From assembly GCA_905205975.1 (NCBI GenBank), contig CAJLFQ010000001.1, positions 598-64,597 on the forward strand: a DNA stretch of 64,000 bases, written 5' to 3'. Position numbers and translations under genes: made by a program. Below, in pieces: positions 11,001 to 19,038 of this stretch. The number at the start of each line of letters is the position of its first letter. The stretch's first letter is position 1. The notes under the pieces are model-generated. The model saw only the letters and a list, made by a program, of their open reading frames with translations, searched no databases and was not told the origin of the DNA. The stretch is from an uncultured Eubacteriales bacterium (GTDB taxonomy: Bacteria; Bacillota; Clostridia; Oscillospirales; QAMX01).

Positions 11001-11614
11001 ACGAGGTTGGAATCGGCGCTGTCCGACCGGCGTGCGGCGATGTATGCTTCGCTGTCGGCTTCGCTTTCCAGCCAGATATATGCCTTTTTGATGAGCTCGC
11101 ATAGGCGGCCGTCTCCCTTGTCGGCGGTATTGGAGACGATGTCCAGCAGGGCTGAAAAATCCGGGCTGTGCTGTGCGTGCGCTTCCTCCATCAGCTGCTC
11201 CGCCGCTTCGTCGAGCAGCAGGAGCGTTTCATCGTCGTCCGGCAGCCGGAAATCGGGGCGCAGGTGCAGCGTGTGGAAATTTTCGCGGATCAGCGAGAGG
11301 CAGAACGCGTGCACGGTCATGATCTGCGCGGTGTGAACGAGATTCATCTGACGGCGCAGGTGCCGGTTCTGCGGGTCTGCGGCCAGCGCCTCGGTCAGCC
11401 GCTTCAAAATGCGGGAACGCATTTCTGCGGCAGCGGCGTTTGTAAACGTGACAATCAGAAAGCGGGAGATATCGCAGGGGTCTTTTTCATCGGTCAGCCG
11501 CCGGAAGACGCGCTCCACCAGAACGGCTGTCTTTCCGGAACCGGCGGCTGCGGAGACAAGCGTCCGGCGGCTACGGCATGTGATGGCCTGCTGCTGCTGT
11601 TCGGTCCAGTTCAT
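8060..11614 (-). CDS. addA: ATP-dependent helicase/nuclease subunit A (AddA)
   Basis: 1184 aa. UvrD-type helicase start MNWTEQQQQAI...AAAGSGKTAVLVERV, plus a C-terminal PD-(D/E)XK-like nuclease region (VIDLYTELDDGSLAILDFKTD). Overlaps the addB stop by 4 nt. Confidence 0.93.
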   Translation of the reverse strand: MNWTEQQQQAITCRSRRTLVSAAAGSGKTAVLVERVFRRLTDEKDPCDISRFLIVTFTNAAAAEMRSRILKRLTEALAADPQNRHLRRQMNLVHTAQIMTVHAFCLSLIRENFHTLHLRPDFRLPDDDETLLLLDEAAEQLMEEAHAQHSPDFSALLDIVSNTADKGDGRLCELIKKAYIWLESEADSEAYIAARRSDSADSNLVNLGATPWGRMHLSVIAQQAESLAAGYERGIADLLLLDVNDKVTRAIETAEIEQRLMENIRLTASEGNWSACRRNFEMFDAIDRKPTIRASKDLPAEALAFLAGVRDEAYDWRKKMRGDVLRESTEMTAAAFHNAAPLQQEFFRLVVRLGELFTALKTDANVLDFADLEHLAVRLLAEKDASGAFQPTQLALEKSQALVEIMVDEYQDTNGLQDLIFRMLAADCSLFMVGDVKQSIYRFRRADPTIFLRRRDAYANAADPDCQAIVLSDNFRSRPEVLSSANLVFEHLMSQALGEMAYSEAERLRCGRGDEPNALYRTELHILNLAGEDDGGDEDGILLSATEREAVYVASAIQSMIDEGFPVSGKDGDTRPCRCGDFAILLRNMKNRAPIYCRALQAHGLATDADKREAFFETSEITALVALLRAVDNPVGGLDLPACMASPLFGFSFDDLAQIRAANERAGCFLDSLIACADGETALSARAAGFLRRFDAMRLTVASRSAGDAVAYLIEETSAAAVFSAMAGGSSRSANIRLLLGMAQRYERLGGFGDFVRYLRRLEERGAAPRQPASADSDSVRLMSVHGSKGLEFPIVLLAGLSESIRFDRSDAAVLHPTLGLGLPARDWLTSVEQTTLQREAIYDALLSEQLSEELRILYVAMTRAREKLILITRHNDMEKALRPLEAGLPPVPAAYCRNHRSFAAWVEAVAIPAGEGVFAIHRVAAPPAVVPAAPRPEMPAPDEALCAEIREQLAFVYPHAAAASLPAKLTATIYKRLCADDTETAALRTPPAADAPKTHTVPRFLSERTALSAAERGTATHLAMQLLPVRAYQSEAEIDAGIETLRKNNQMTPAQASAIRRRDLLRFYQSPLGREIAALPPERVHREFKFSILTDAARYFPANGAGESMLLQGVIDLYTELDDGSLAILDFKTDAVTKATSPARAAAYAPQLAIYADALTEMTGRNIAARRVYFFATGEVIDV

Positions 11615-14600
11615 GCGCGATTCTCCTTTGCAATCGGTGTTTGACCGGCTTCCTGGCCGGGCGCGGGCGGCTCTGCATCATCCGGCGGGGCGTCCGCTTC
11701 ATGCAGGGCGAAGAAATCCGCGCTGCTGAGCGAGAACGGCTTTCGGATTTCGTCCAGACCGTTCGACGGGTCAAACCGGCAGAGCCGGTGAAAATCGCAA
11801 TAGGTACAGGTGCGATCCATCGGGTTGCAGGTGATGCTGCCGCCGGAAAGCGCCGCTTTCGTCTCCCGCATGAGCCGGGCGATGTGCCCTTTCAGAATGG
11901 CGAACTGGCGCGGGCTGACCAGCGCGGAGCGCGACCGCCGGGAAACGACGCCGCCCTCGATGGAAACGGGCAGAAACTGTTCCTTTTCCCCTTCGCCGAC
12001 GGCCTCCATCGCCAGAATGACCTCGTCGTCGTCGAGCACGATTCCGCGGCAGCGGCGCGCCTTGCGGCATTCGTCGGCAACCGCTTCCGGCGGCATGCCG
12101 GGCGTCAGAGAGACGAACCGGTTGCCGATCGGCTTGTAGAGCACGCCGGCAGGGCGCATGGACTGATCCCGTGCGGCGACGGCGAAGAGATAAAGCAGCA
12201 GCTGGATGCCGACGCCGTTTTCCACATCGGCGTAGGAAAAGTTCCGGCTGCCGGATTTGTAGTCGACGACGCGGATATAGCGCTTGCCGTCGACTTCCCA
12301 CATATCGATGCGGTCGACCTTGCCGGACAGCCGGACGGTTTCGCCGCCTGCGTCGAAGGAGATCGGGCGGCCGTCTTTTTCCAGCGGAACTTCAAAGCCG
12401 ACGGGGATGAACTTGCTGACGGAAAATTCCTCCACCAGCCCGTACAGCACCTCCAGCACCGTTTTGGAAAGACGGTCGATCAGATTGCGCAGGCGCGGGG
12501 AGAGCGACGCCAGACCGCCGAGGCATGTTTCGATATATTCGTCGATGTGGCGCCGGGCAGAGGTGTCGATGCATTCAATGAGCGTGCTGCGGTCGATGGA
12601 AAACCCACCGGCGGCTGCGATGTCCTTGGCGGTTTTTTCCAGCACATCGTGGAGAAAGCTGCCCGTCTCGGCGGCGGCAAATGATGCCGGACGGTCTGAG
12701 CGCAGCTTCAGCCCATACTGTGCAAAATGGGCAAACCGGCAGGTTTGAAAGCGCTCCACGCGGGAAGCTGTCAGAACCGGATCCCGGCCGTAGAGCTTCT
12801 GCGTCGTTTCCGGCGCACGCAGTGTGCCCCGGTCGCCGGAAGCGGCCGCCGCCGCACGCGACAAAACGTCATATCCGGCGCCTGCGCCGCGCAGGACATG
12901 GTACGCCGACGATGACAGAACGTCTGCCCCGGACGGGCGCAGCGCTGCGGCCGCCAGCTCTTCGCAGGGGGCTTCCGCAAACGTCCGAAAGAGCGGGCCG
13001 ACGGATGATTCCATCGTCAACGGCAGATCGGGCAGAATGACGCGGATGCGGTCCAAGAGATAAGAGGGCGTATTCGGCTTCGCATAGGAGAGCCAGAGGT
13101 ATTCGCTCGGCGATGCAAGCGTCTGATAGGCGATGAGCTGTTCCCACGCGACGCGGGATTCGTTGGCGGGGGCAAGCGTAATGCCCAGATCATCCGCCAA
13201 ACGGCGCCGGTCGGCCTGCGACAAAATGCCGTCGTCCGCCGGTTTCGGCGGAAAAACGCCGTCGGAGGCGCCCAAAACAAAAACGGCGCGCGGGTGGTCA
13301 GCCCGGCTGCGGAGCGCATCGCCGATGGAGATGGCGTCGGCGCCGGTCGGAATCTGACCGACTGCATACTGCGTGACAAGCAGACGGAACAGCTCGGCAA
13401 AGACCGCGTCCTTCAACGGCGCGTCCCCCAGAATCAGGACGCATTGATCGAGACAGGCGCAGAAGACATCCCAGAGCGAAGGACCGTCTTCCAGCGCATC
13501 CAGCGCTTCCGCCAGCCCGACCGCTTCCGCATAGGCGTACAGCGCCTCTGCGCGGCGGCGCGCAGGCTGGTCATGGCTCGCGTCGATGAAGCGGATCAGC
13601 GGCTCCGCGGCACGTCGGCGGATCTCGTTGACGGTTTGCAGGCTGGCCTGCGCATCGTCGTCCATCGGTACGCCGTATCCCGCCGGGTTCGCCGTGAACC
13701 CGGCTTCAGAGAGCCAGACAGGGCCGTTGAGATTCCAAAGCGACGCATAGCGCTCCAAAATGTCGGCCTCCGGGCGGGAAATCCCGGCCAGCCCCGTCTT
13801 CAAAAGCCGCATCATCCGGGCGAGCGTGCAGCCGTTGGCGGCAATGTCGAGGGCCGTGCAGAGAAAGCGGAAGGGCAGCGTCTGCGCCACATCGCCTGCG
13901 GCGTCGAGGAAGACCGTCAGACCGTATTTTTCAAAAACGGCCTGCGCCGTCCGGCCGTAACCGGCAAAATCCCGCGTGACGACGGCGATATCGCGCTGAC
14001 GCCAGCCGCGCATCAGCAGCTCTTTGGCCGTCGCCGCGGCGGCCTCGCATTCACTGTATAAAGATTCCGCCTCATAGAGGCAGATGGAACCGTCGGAAGG
14101 TGCTGCCTTCGGCGGAAGGACATAGTCAAACAAGCCGCGTTCCACGGCGGCCAGATCGCCGTCCGGATGGACAAACCGGCGGCATGCCGTCGATGCGGTG
14201 TCCGCCTCGCAGGGGACGTTGATGCGGCTGCACAGCTTGAAGATGGCAGAGATGGTTTCCTGCACATGGGAAAACAGACCGGCGCCGCCGGATGAATCCG
14301 AGACGCTGTCGGCGCAGAGCGCGATTTCAACCTGCGCCGCCTCGGCAAACATCGGCGCCAAAACGTCCAGCTCTGCGCCGGTAAACCCGTTGAACCCGTC
14401 GATGCAGACGAACCGCCCGCGGAAATAGCCGCGCCCATCCAAAACGTGTGCCAGCGTGTTCATCCGGTCGGCCGGGTCGTTCAGCTCCGCCGTCATCAAA
14501 GCGTCATACGCACCGGCGATGCAGGCGATGTCGTGCAGTTTGTCCGGCAGCGTTCCGGTCGAACCGTCCAGCAGCAGGAGATCAGCCGGCGTCACATGAT

Positions 14601-14988
14601 AGGCTTTCAGCTCGTCAGAAAGCGCGATCAGCTTTGTCAGAAATTCCGGCCGGAGGATCGTTTCCCCGTAGACGCGCAGACGGTCCCGGACGTTCTGAAC
14701 GGCCAGATACATCGTCAAAATGCGCCCGCCCTTGTCGAGCGGCGTGCCGGCGCAGCCGCCGACCTCCGTAAAAACGCGCGTCGCCAGACTGCGGAAGGTC
14801 AGCACTTCGGCGCTCAGCGAAACGGCGTTGCCGCAGGCGCGGCAGAGCGCCCGTTCCGCATTCAGTGAAAACTGCTCCGGCACCAGAAAAATCTGACCGG
14901 TGACGCCGGATGCTGCACGGGCGCGGACGCCCTCCAACAGGCGCGTCGTTTTGCCGCTGCCTGCGCGGCCAAGAATCAATCGAACCAT
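11611..14988 (-). CDS. addB: ATP-dependent helicase/nuclease subunit B (AddB)
   Basis: Start trimmed from the ORF-track 15117 to ATG 14988 (MVRLILGRAGSGKTTRLL, Walker A). C-terminal nuclease domain with Fe-S cysteines (FQTCRFAHF ... CNPMDRTCTYCDFHRLCRF). Confidence 0.92.
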   Translation of the reverse strand: MVRLILGRAGSGKTTRLLEGVRARAASGVTGQIFLVPEQFSLNAERALCRACGNAVSLSAEVLTFRSLATRVFTEVGGCAGTPLDKGGRILTMYLAVQNVRDRLRVYGETILRPEFLTKLIALSDELKAYHVTPADLLLLDGSTGTLPDKLHDIACIAGAYDALMTAELNDPADRMNTLAHVLDGRGYFRGRFVCIDGFNGFTGAELDVLAPMFAEAAQVEIALCADSVSDSSGGAGLFSHVQETISAIFKLCSRINVPCEADTASTACRRFVHPDGDLAAVERGLFDYVLPPKAAPSDGSICLYEAESLYSECEAAAATAKELLMRGWRQRDIAVVTRDFAGYGRTAQAVFEKYGLTVFLDAAGDVAQTLPFRFLCTALDIAANGCTLARMMRLLKTGLAGISRPEADILERYASLWNLNGPVWLSEAGFTANPAGYGVPMDDDAQASLQTVNEIRRRAAEPLIRFIDASHDQPARRRAEALYAYAEAVGLAEALDALEDGPSLWDVFCACLDQCVLILGDAPLKDAVFAELFRLLVTQYAVGQIPTGADAISIGDALRSRADHPRAVFVLGASDGVFPPKPADDGILSQADRRRLADDLGITLAPANESRVAWEQLIAYQTLASPSEYLWLSYAKPNTPSYLLDRIRVILPDLPLTMESSVGPLFRTFAEAPCEELAAAALRPSGADVLSSSAYHVLRGAGAGYDVLSRAAAAASGDRGTLRAPETTQKLYGRDPVLTASRVERFQTCRFAHFAQYGLKLRSDRPASFAAAETGSFLHDVLEKTAKDIAAAGGFSIDRSTLIECIDTSARRHIDEYIETCLGGLASLSPRLRNLIDRLSKTVLEVLYGLVEEFSVSKFIPVGFEVPLEKDGRPISFDAGGETVRLSGKVDRIDMWEVDGKRYIRVVDYKSGSRNFSYADVENGVGIQLLLYLFAVAARDQSMRPAGVLYKPIGNRFVSLTPGMPPEAVADECRKARRCRGIVLDDDEVILAMEAVGEGEKEQFLPVSIEGGVVSRRSRSALVSPRQFAILKGHIARLMRETKAALSGGSITCNPMDRTCTYCDFHRLCRFDPSNGLDEIRKPFSLSSADFFALHEADAPPDDAEPPAPGQEAGQTPIAKENRA

Positions 14989-15022
14989 CAAAAAACACCT
15001 GCCAAACCGGGTTGATAGGCTT

Positions 15023-15051
15023 ATTATACGACATAAGCGCCGAAAAGTCAA
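15023..15051 (-). promoter_or_regulatory. Sigma-A type promoter for addBA (TTGACT-17-TATAAT)
   Basis: Minus strand reads tttgacttttcggcgcttatgtcgtataataagc. The -35 is at 15046-15051 and the -10 at 15023-15028. Confidence 0.6.
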
Positions 15052-15071
15052 ACAAACGCAGAAAACGGGCA

Positions 15072-15111
15072 ACAAAAAACAGCCGTTTCGTCCGATTGGA
15101 AACGGCTGTTT
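15072..15111 (-). terminator. Rho-independent terminator of spo0A
   Basis: Minus strand reads aaacagccgtttc-caatcggac-gaaacggctgttt followed by TTTTTTG. Confidence 0.8.
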
Positions 15112-15144
15112 CACCAACAGAATGTTAGATGGATCAGATCCTCC

Positions 15145-15942
15145 TTATATCAGGGCGGCTTCCCGGTGGCTCCTGCTTCTCAGGGCGATGTTGTCGGCAA
15201 TCATCGCGATGAATTCGGAATTCGTCGGTTTGCCCTTGATGCTTGAAACGGTATAGCCGAAAATGTTTTGGATTTCTTCGACGTCGCCGCGATCCCATGC
15301 TACTTCGATGGCGTGCCGAATGGCGCGTTCCACACGGGAAGAGGTGGTTTGAAACCGTTTGGCGACGGCTGGGTAGAGAATTTTGGTGATGGCGCTGATG
15401 TTCTCCGGTTCGTGGACGGCCATGGCAATCGCCTCACGCAGATACTGATAGCCTTTGATATGCGCCGGAACGCCGACGTCGTGCAGCATGGATGTGATTT
15501 CGAGAACCAGATTGAAGTCGGAAGGCGTCTGGACAGCGCCCTCCGCGGCGTGCTCGCTTCGGATGCTGCGCAGCCGCTCGACAAGGACGTTCCGCGGGAT
15601 TGGTTTCAGTGCGAAATAATCGGTCGAAAGGGCGGATGCCTCTCGGATGACAGATGTGCTGGAGTAGGCAGTCAGAACAACGACGGCAGGGCGTGCGCTG
15701 CCCATTTTTTCGTTGATCCGGCGGATGAGACCAAGCCCGTCCAAATCCGGGAGAATGAGTTCGGTGATGATGATGTCCGGCCTCGTGGCGAGAATCTGAC
15801 CAACGGCTTCGGCGCCGTTGCCGCAGGATCCGACGATTTCAAAATCCTTTTCCTCTTCCAGAATGGAGCAGAGGAGTGCGCGAAAATCGCTGTCGCCGTC
15901 CACCAAGAATAATCGATGCTTTTTGCCCTGATATTTTTCCAT
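15145..15942 (-). CDS. spo0A: Stage 0 sporulation master regulator Spo0A (atypical receiver)
   Basis: 265 aa. Diagnostic effector-domain motifs [57 protein letters not shown]-terminal CheY-like receiver. RBS aggagg precedes the ATG at 15942. Confidence 0.95.
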   Translation of the reverse strand: MEKYQGKKHRLFLVDGDSDFRALLCSILEEEKDFEIVGSCGNGAEAVGQILATRPDIIITELILPDLDGLGLIRRINEKMGSARPAVVVLTAYSSTSVIREASALSTDYFALKPIPRNVLVERLRSIRSEHAAEGAVQTPSDFNLVLEITSMLHDVGVPAHIKGYQYLREAIAMAVHEPENISAITKILYPAVAKRFQTTSSRVERAIRHAIEVAWDRGDVEEIQNIFGYTVSSIKGKPTNSEFIAMIADNIALRSRSHREAALI

Positions 15943-16045
15943 GATAATCGAAACCTCCTACTTTCCGCGAAACATTCTATCGGCCGCAGGCGGACGGGGT
16001 ATGCGCCCGGCGCCGGCGGGAAACGTGAACGTTTTCAACGGCTAT

Positions 16046-16075
16046 ATTGTAACATATTGCAACAACAATAATCAA
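16046..16075 (-). promoter_or_regulatory. Candidate sigma-A promoter of spo0A (TTGATT-18-TGtTACAAT)
   Basis: Minus strand reads cttgattattgttgttgcaatatgttacaatat. The -35 is at 16070-16075 and the -10 at 16046-16051. I could not recognise a sigma-H type promoter. Confidence 0.45.
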
Positions 16076-16104
16076 GCAGGAACCCCAAAAAAACAGGCTT
16101 TTCA

Positions 16105-16152
16105 CTCGACACCATTCGACAAGAACAGACGCTGCTTCGACAGGATTCGACA
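16105..16152 (-). promoter_or_regulatory. Cluster of Spo0A-binding 0A boxes (TGTCGAA)
   Basis: The plus strand has TTCGACA at 16115-16121, 16136-16142 and 16146-16152. These read TGTCGAA on the spo0A coding strand. There is also a one-mismatch copy CTCGACA at 16105-16111 and an inverted near-copy TGTCGAG at 16179-16185. Confidence 0.7.
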
Positions 16153-16629
16153 AAATCAGACAGAATAAATGGCCGGAATGTCGAGAAAACAGTGTGCAGG
16201 AGAAACAACACACATGACGTTTGAGCGACAGGGCGCCGTGCAAACCGTTGCGGTTCGATGCGACAAACTGAAATTGGCCGAATAACGCCGAAAATCGAGA
16301 TGCCGCCAAAAATGATTTTTGGCGTTTTCAACGCTCGAAAATCAAAACGCGATTTTTTAAAGATTGGCAGAAAAAAAGTGTGGAGTTTTTCAGCGATACC
16401 GGAGTGCTGACCGGCCGCTGGGTCGAAAAACGTCGGCGGACGGAAGTTTTGACACGACAAAAGACTAAAAATATCGTAAAAATACTGTACACAATTGATT
16501 CAACAAAAAACGTCCGGGGAAAAAACGCAGAGAGTGGAAAAAAACGCCGGATTGTGCTATAATGATATTCGTGAAAATGCGATTCGACCGGCCTTCTGCG
16601 GCCGGAAACCTGAAGGAGTGACGCGTGGC

Positions 16630-17259
16630 GTGAAAAAGAAAGACATCGAACGCTATGAACCGGAAATTGCCGCGCTGGAGGCGCAGGAGATGACGCCGGG
16701 CGGCGTGGTTTTTTACGGCAGCTCGACCATTTCGCATTGGCCGCGGGAGCAGATGGAGCGGGAGCTTCAGCCATATCATGTGACGGCGCGCGGCTTTGGC
16801 GGCAGCACGGCGGAGGAAGCCTTCTTCTTTTATCCGCGGCTCGTCCGCCCGTGCGCGCCGGAGGTGCTGGCGCTGTATGTGGGCGACAACGATCCGCTGG
16901 CCGGCTATCCGCCGGACCGCGCATACGTCTTCACGGAACGCCTGCTGCGGACGGCGCGGTCCGATTTTCCGGGCATCCGCCTGCTGCTCATCGGCGTGAA
17001 ATACAGCGAAGGGCAGCGCGACGCCAACGCCATGCGCCGGGACTACAATCGTTATCTGCGCCGGTACGCCTCGCAGCGGACGTTTGCGCAGTATGTCGAT
17101 CTGCCGGGGCTGGTGCATAACCAATACGGCGACCCAAGACCGGACTGCTACGAGGCGGATGGGGTGCATCTCAATGCGCACGCCTATTCCATGCTGGCGG
17201 AATCCGTCAAAAAAGCGCTGGAGGCGCTGAAGAATGCTGAAAAGAGACGGCGCGCTTGA
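16630..17259 (+). CDS. SGNH/GDSL-type hydrolase (esterase)
   Basis: Blocks VVFYGSSTISHW, YVGDNDP, DGVHLN. The ORF track starts at TTG 16495. GTG 16630 sits 11 nt after RBS gaaggag (16612-16618), so the start is uncertain. Confidence 0.75.
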   Translation: MKKKDIERYEPEIAALEAQEMTPGGVVFYGSSTISHWPREQMERELQPYHVTARGFGGSTAEEAFFFYPRLVRPCAPEVLALYVGDNDPLAGYPPDRAYVFTERLLRTARSDFPGIRLLLIGVKYSEGQRDANAMRRDYNRYLRRYASQRTFAQYVDLPGLVHNQYGDPRPDCYEADGVHLNAHAYSMLAESVKKALEALKNAEKRRRA

Positions 17260-18031
17260 CCTGGCGGCGACGCCGGAAGAAAGGCTGCTGGCCGGGCAGC
17301 TGTGGGACAAGGCCGTTTTCACCGAAAAAACCGGCCGGGTTTCGGCAACCAAATTTCTGACCCCGGCAGAGGCTGCGTTCGCGGAAACGCTTTGCACGCG
17401 CGCCGGATTTCAGCTCACGCTGGACGGCGGGTATGAAGGCGCAGAACGCCGCACGGCGCTTTTTCTGCCGGACGGCTGGGAAACGATCCACATCTTCGAC
17501 ACGCCGGATGACCCGCTGGCTGTGCTGTGTATGAAGCCGCACGGTGATACGGCGCTTTCGCACCGGGATTATCTGGGCGCACTGATGGGCGCCGGGATCC
17601 AGCGGGAGGCCGTCGGCGATATTCTGGTGCAGGACGGTATCGCTTATTGCTTCTGTCTGGCGGAACTTGCGCCTTATCTGCTGCAAAACATGACGCAGGC
17701 GGGCCGCGAGCGGGTGACGACTACACAGCTTTGCCGCGCGGATGTTCCGGCGATTGAAGCGCCGGCGGGGGAACCCGTCACAGCGACGGTGCTGTCGCTG
17801 CGGCTGGATGCCGTTCTGGCGGCCGGATTCGGCCTCTCGCGCGAGGAAGCCAAGGCGGCAGTTGCGGTCGGGCTTTGCAGCGTCAACCATCAGCCCGTGC
17901 TCAAACCGGAACGGCTGGTTCAGCCGGGCGATCTGCTTTCATTCAAAGGGCGCGGGCGCGTCCGCTTCACAGAAACCGGCGGAGAAACGCGCAAAGGCCG
18001 GACATTCATCCGGCTGCTGCGGTACCGGTGA
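17234..18031 (+). CDS. YlmH-like RNA-binding S4-domain protein
   Basis: 265 aa. C-terminal S4-like segment LRLDAVLAAGFGLSREEAKAAVAVGLCSVNHQPVLKPERLVQPGDLLSFKGRGRVRF. Overlaps the upstream stop. Confidence 0.65.
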   Translation: MLKRDGALDLAATPEERLLAGQLWDKAVFTEKTGRVSATKFLTPAEAAFAETLCTRAGFQLTLDGGYEGAERRTALFLPDGWETIHIFDTPDDPLAVLCMKPHGDTALSHRDYLGALMGAGIQREAVGDILVQDGIAYCFCLAELAPYLLQNMTQAGRERVTTTQLCRADVPAIEAPAGEPVTATVLSLRLDAVLAAGFGLSREEAKAAVAVGLCSVNHQPVLKPERLVQPGDLLSFKGRGRVRFTETGGETRKGRTFIRLLRYR

Positions 18032-18073
18032 GAATCATCAAAAGAATCGAATCAAAAATACGGAGGAATTACC

Positions 18074-18853
18074 ATGAGATTTGGCGTTGTAACCGATGTT
18101 CAGAACAGGACCCTGCTGGAAACGCTGGGGTTTGATTATCTCGAATGCTGCGTGACGGCGATTGCTGGGATGGACGATGCGGCGTTTGCGGCGCTGGCCG
18201 AAGAAAACGATACGGCCGCCGTCAAAATCGAGGCGGCATGCGTGCTGCTGCCGGGCAGCATCCGCGTAACGGGGGCGGAAGTCGATCCGGAGGCGCAGGC
18301 CGCTTATCTGGAACGCGCATTTGCCCGTCTGGAAAGGCTCGGCGTCGGCCCGGTTGTCTTTGGCAGCGGCGGCGCCAGACGCGTTCCGGATGGATTTGAC
18401 CGCGCGGAGGCATGGCATCAGCTGATTCAGTTTGGCCGGCTGGCGGCGGAAAAAGCCGTTCAGCACGGTCTGACCATTGTGCTGGAGCCGCTCAGAAAAG
18501 AAGAAACCAACATCATCAACACGCAAATGCAGGGGCTGCGCCTGATGCAGGATATCGAACGCCCCGGCTTTGACATTCTGTCCGATTTCTACCACCTTTC
18601 GCTCGCCGGAGAAGGCCGCGCCGAAGTGGCCGCCTGCGGCAAACGCCTGAAACATACGCATATCGCCAACCCGGACGGCCGGGTTGCCATGAAGCACAGC
18701 GACGCTGCCGATTACGACGCGTTCTTTGCAGGGCTGGCCGACTGCGGCTATCACGGCCGCATGAGCATCGAGGGCAGTCTCGGCGATTACCGCGAAACGC
18801 TCCCGGAGGCGCTGGCGCTGATCCGCGAAAAAGCGGCAGCCTTCGGCCTGTAA
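18074..18853 (+). CDS. Sugar phosphate isomerase/epimerase (xylose-isomerase-like TIM barrel)
   Basis: 259 aa. Pattern typical of AP-endonuclease-2/xylose-isomerase-like barrels (LEPLRKEETNIINT, HTHIANPDGR, MSIEG). Confidence 0.65.
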   Translation: MRFGVVTDVQNRTLLETLGFDYLECCVTAIAGMDDAAFAALAEENDTAAVKIEAACVLLPGSIRVTGAEVDPEAQAAYLERAFARLERLGVGPVVFGSGGARRVPDGFDRAEAWHQLIQFGRLAAEKAVQHGLTIVLEPLRKEETNIINTQMQGLRLMQDIERPGFDILSDFYHLSLAGEGRAEVAACGKRLKHTHIANPDGRVAMKHSDAADYDAFFAGLADCGYHGRMSIEGSLGDYRETLPEALALIREKAAAFGL

Positions 18854-19038
18854 TCAAAAGCGCAGACATCCAGCGGTCCGACCGGACCTTCCATATATTA
18901 TATGGTAATATATGGCGATCTTCCGGTGCCATCGAAGACCGCCGCCCAAACCGGCGCATTGATGAAACCGTAAATGCCCTGCTGAAAAATGAACAGGCGC
19001 AATGCAGTCCCGCACAGCGCCGCAGGAGAGAGAACACC

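Noticed and set aside
14989-15117. N-terminal 43-aa extension of AddB in the ORF track
   Set aside because: The extension covers the predicted promoter. The conserved Walker A N-terminus (MVRLILGRAGSGKT) begins at ATG 14988. Similar over-extensions were trimmed for the genes starting at 23546, 27375, 33288, 40509, 41447, 42306, 43040, 45076, 45881, 48967, 52108 and 60381.
16380-16562. 60-aa ORF and other small ORFs in the spo0A-SGNH intergenic region
   Set aside because: It has no RBS, its composition is Lys/Arg-rich, and it overlaps the candidate promoter of the SGNH gene (TTGACA 16449-16454). It is probably non-coding.
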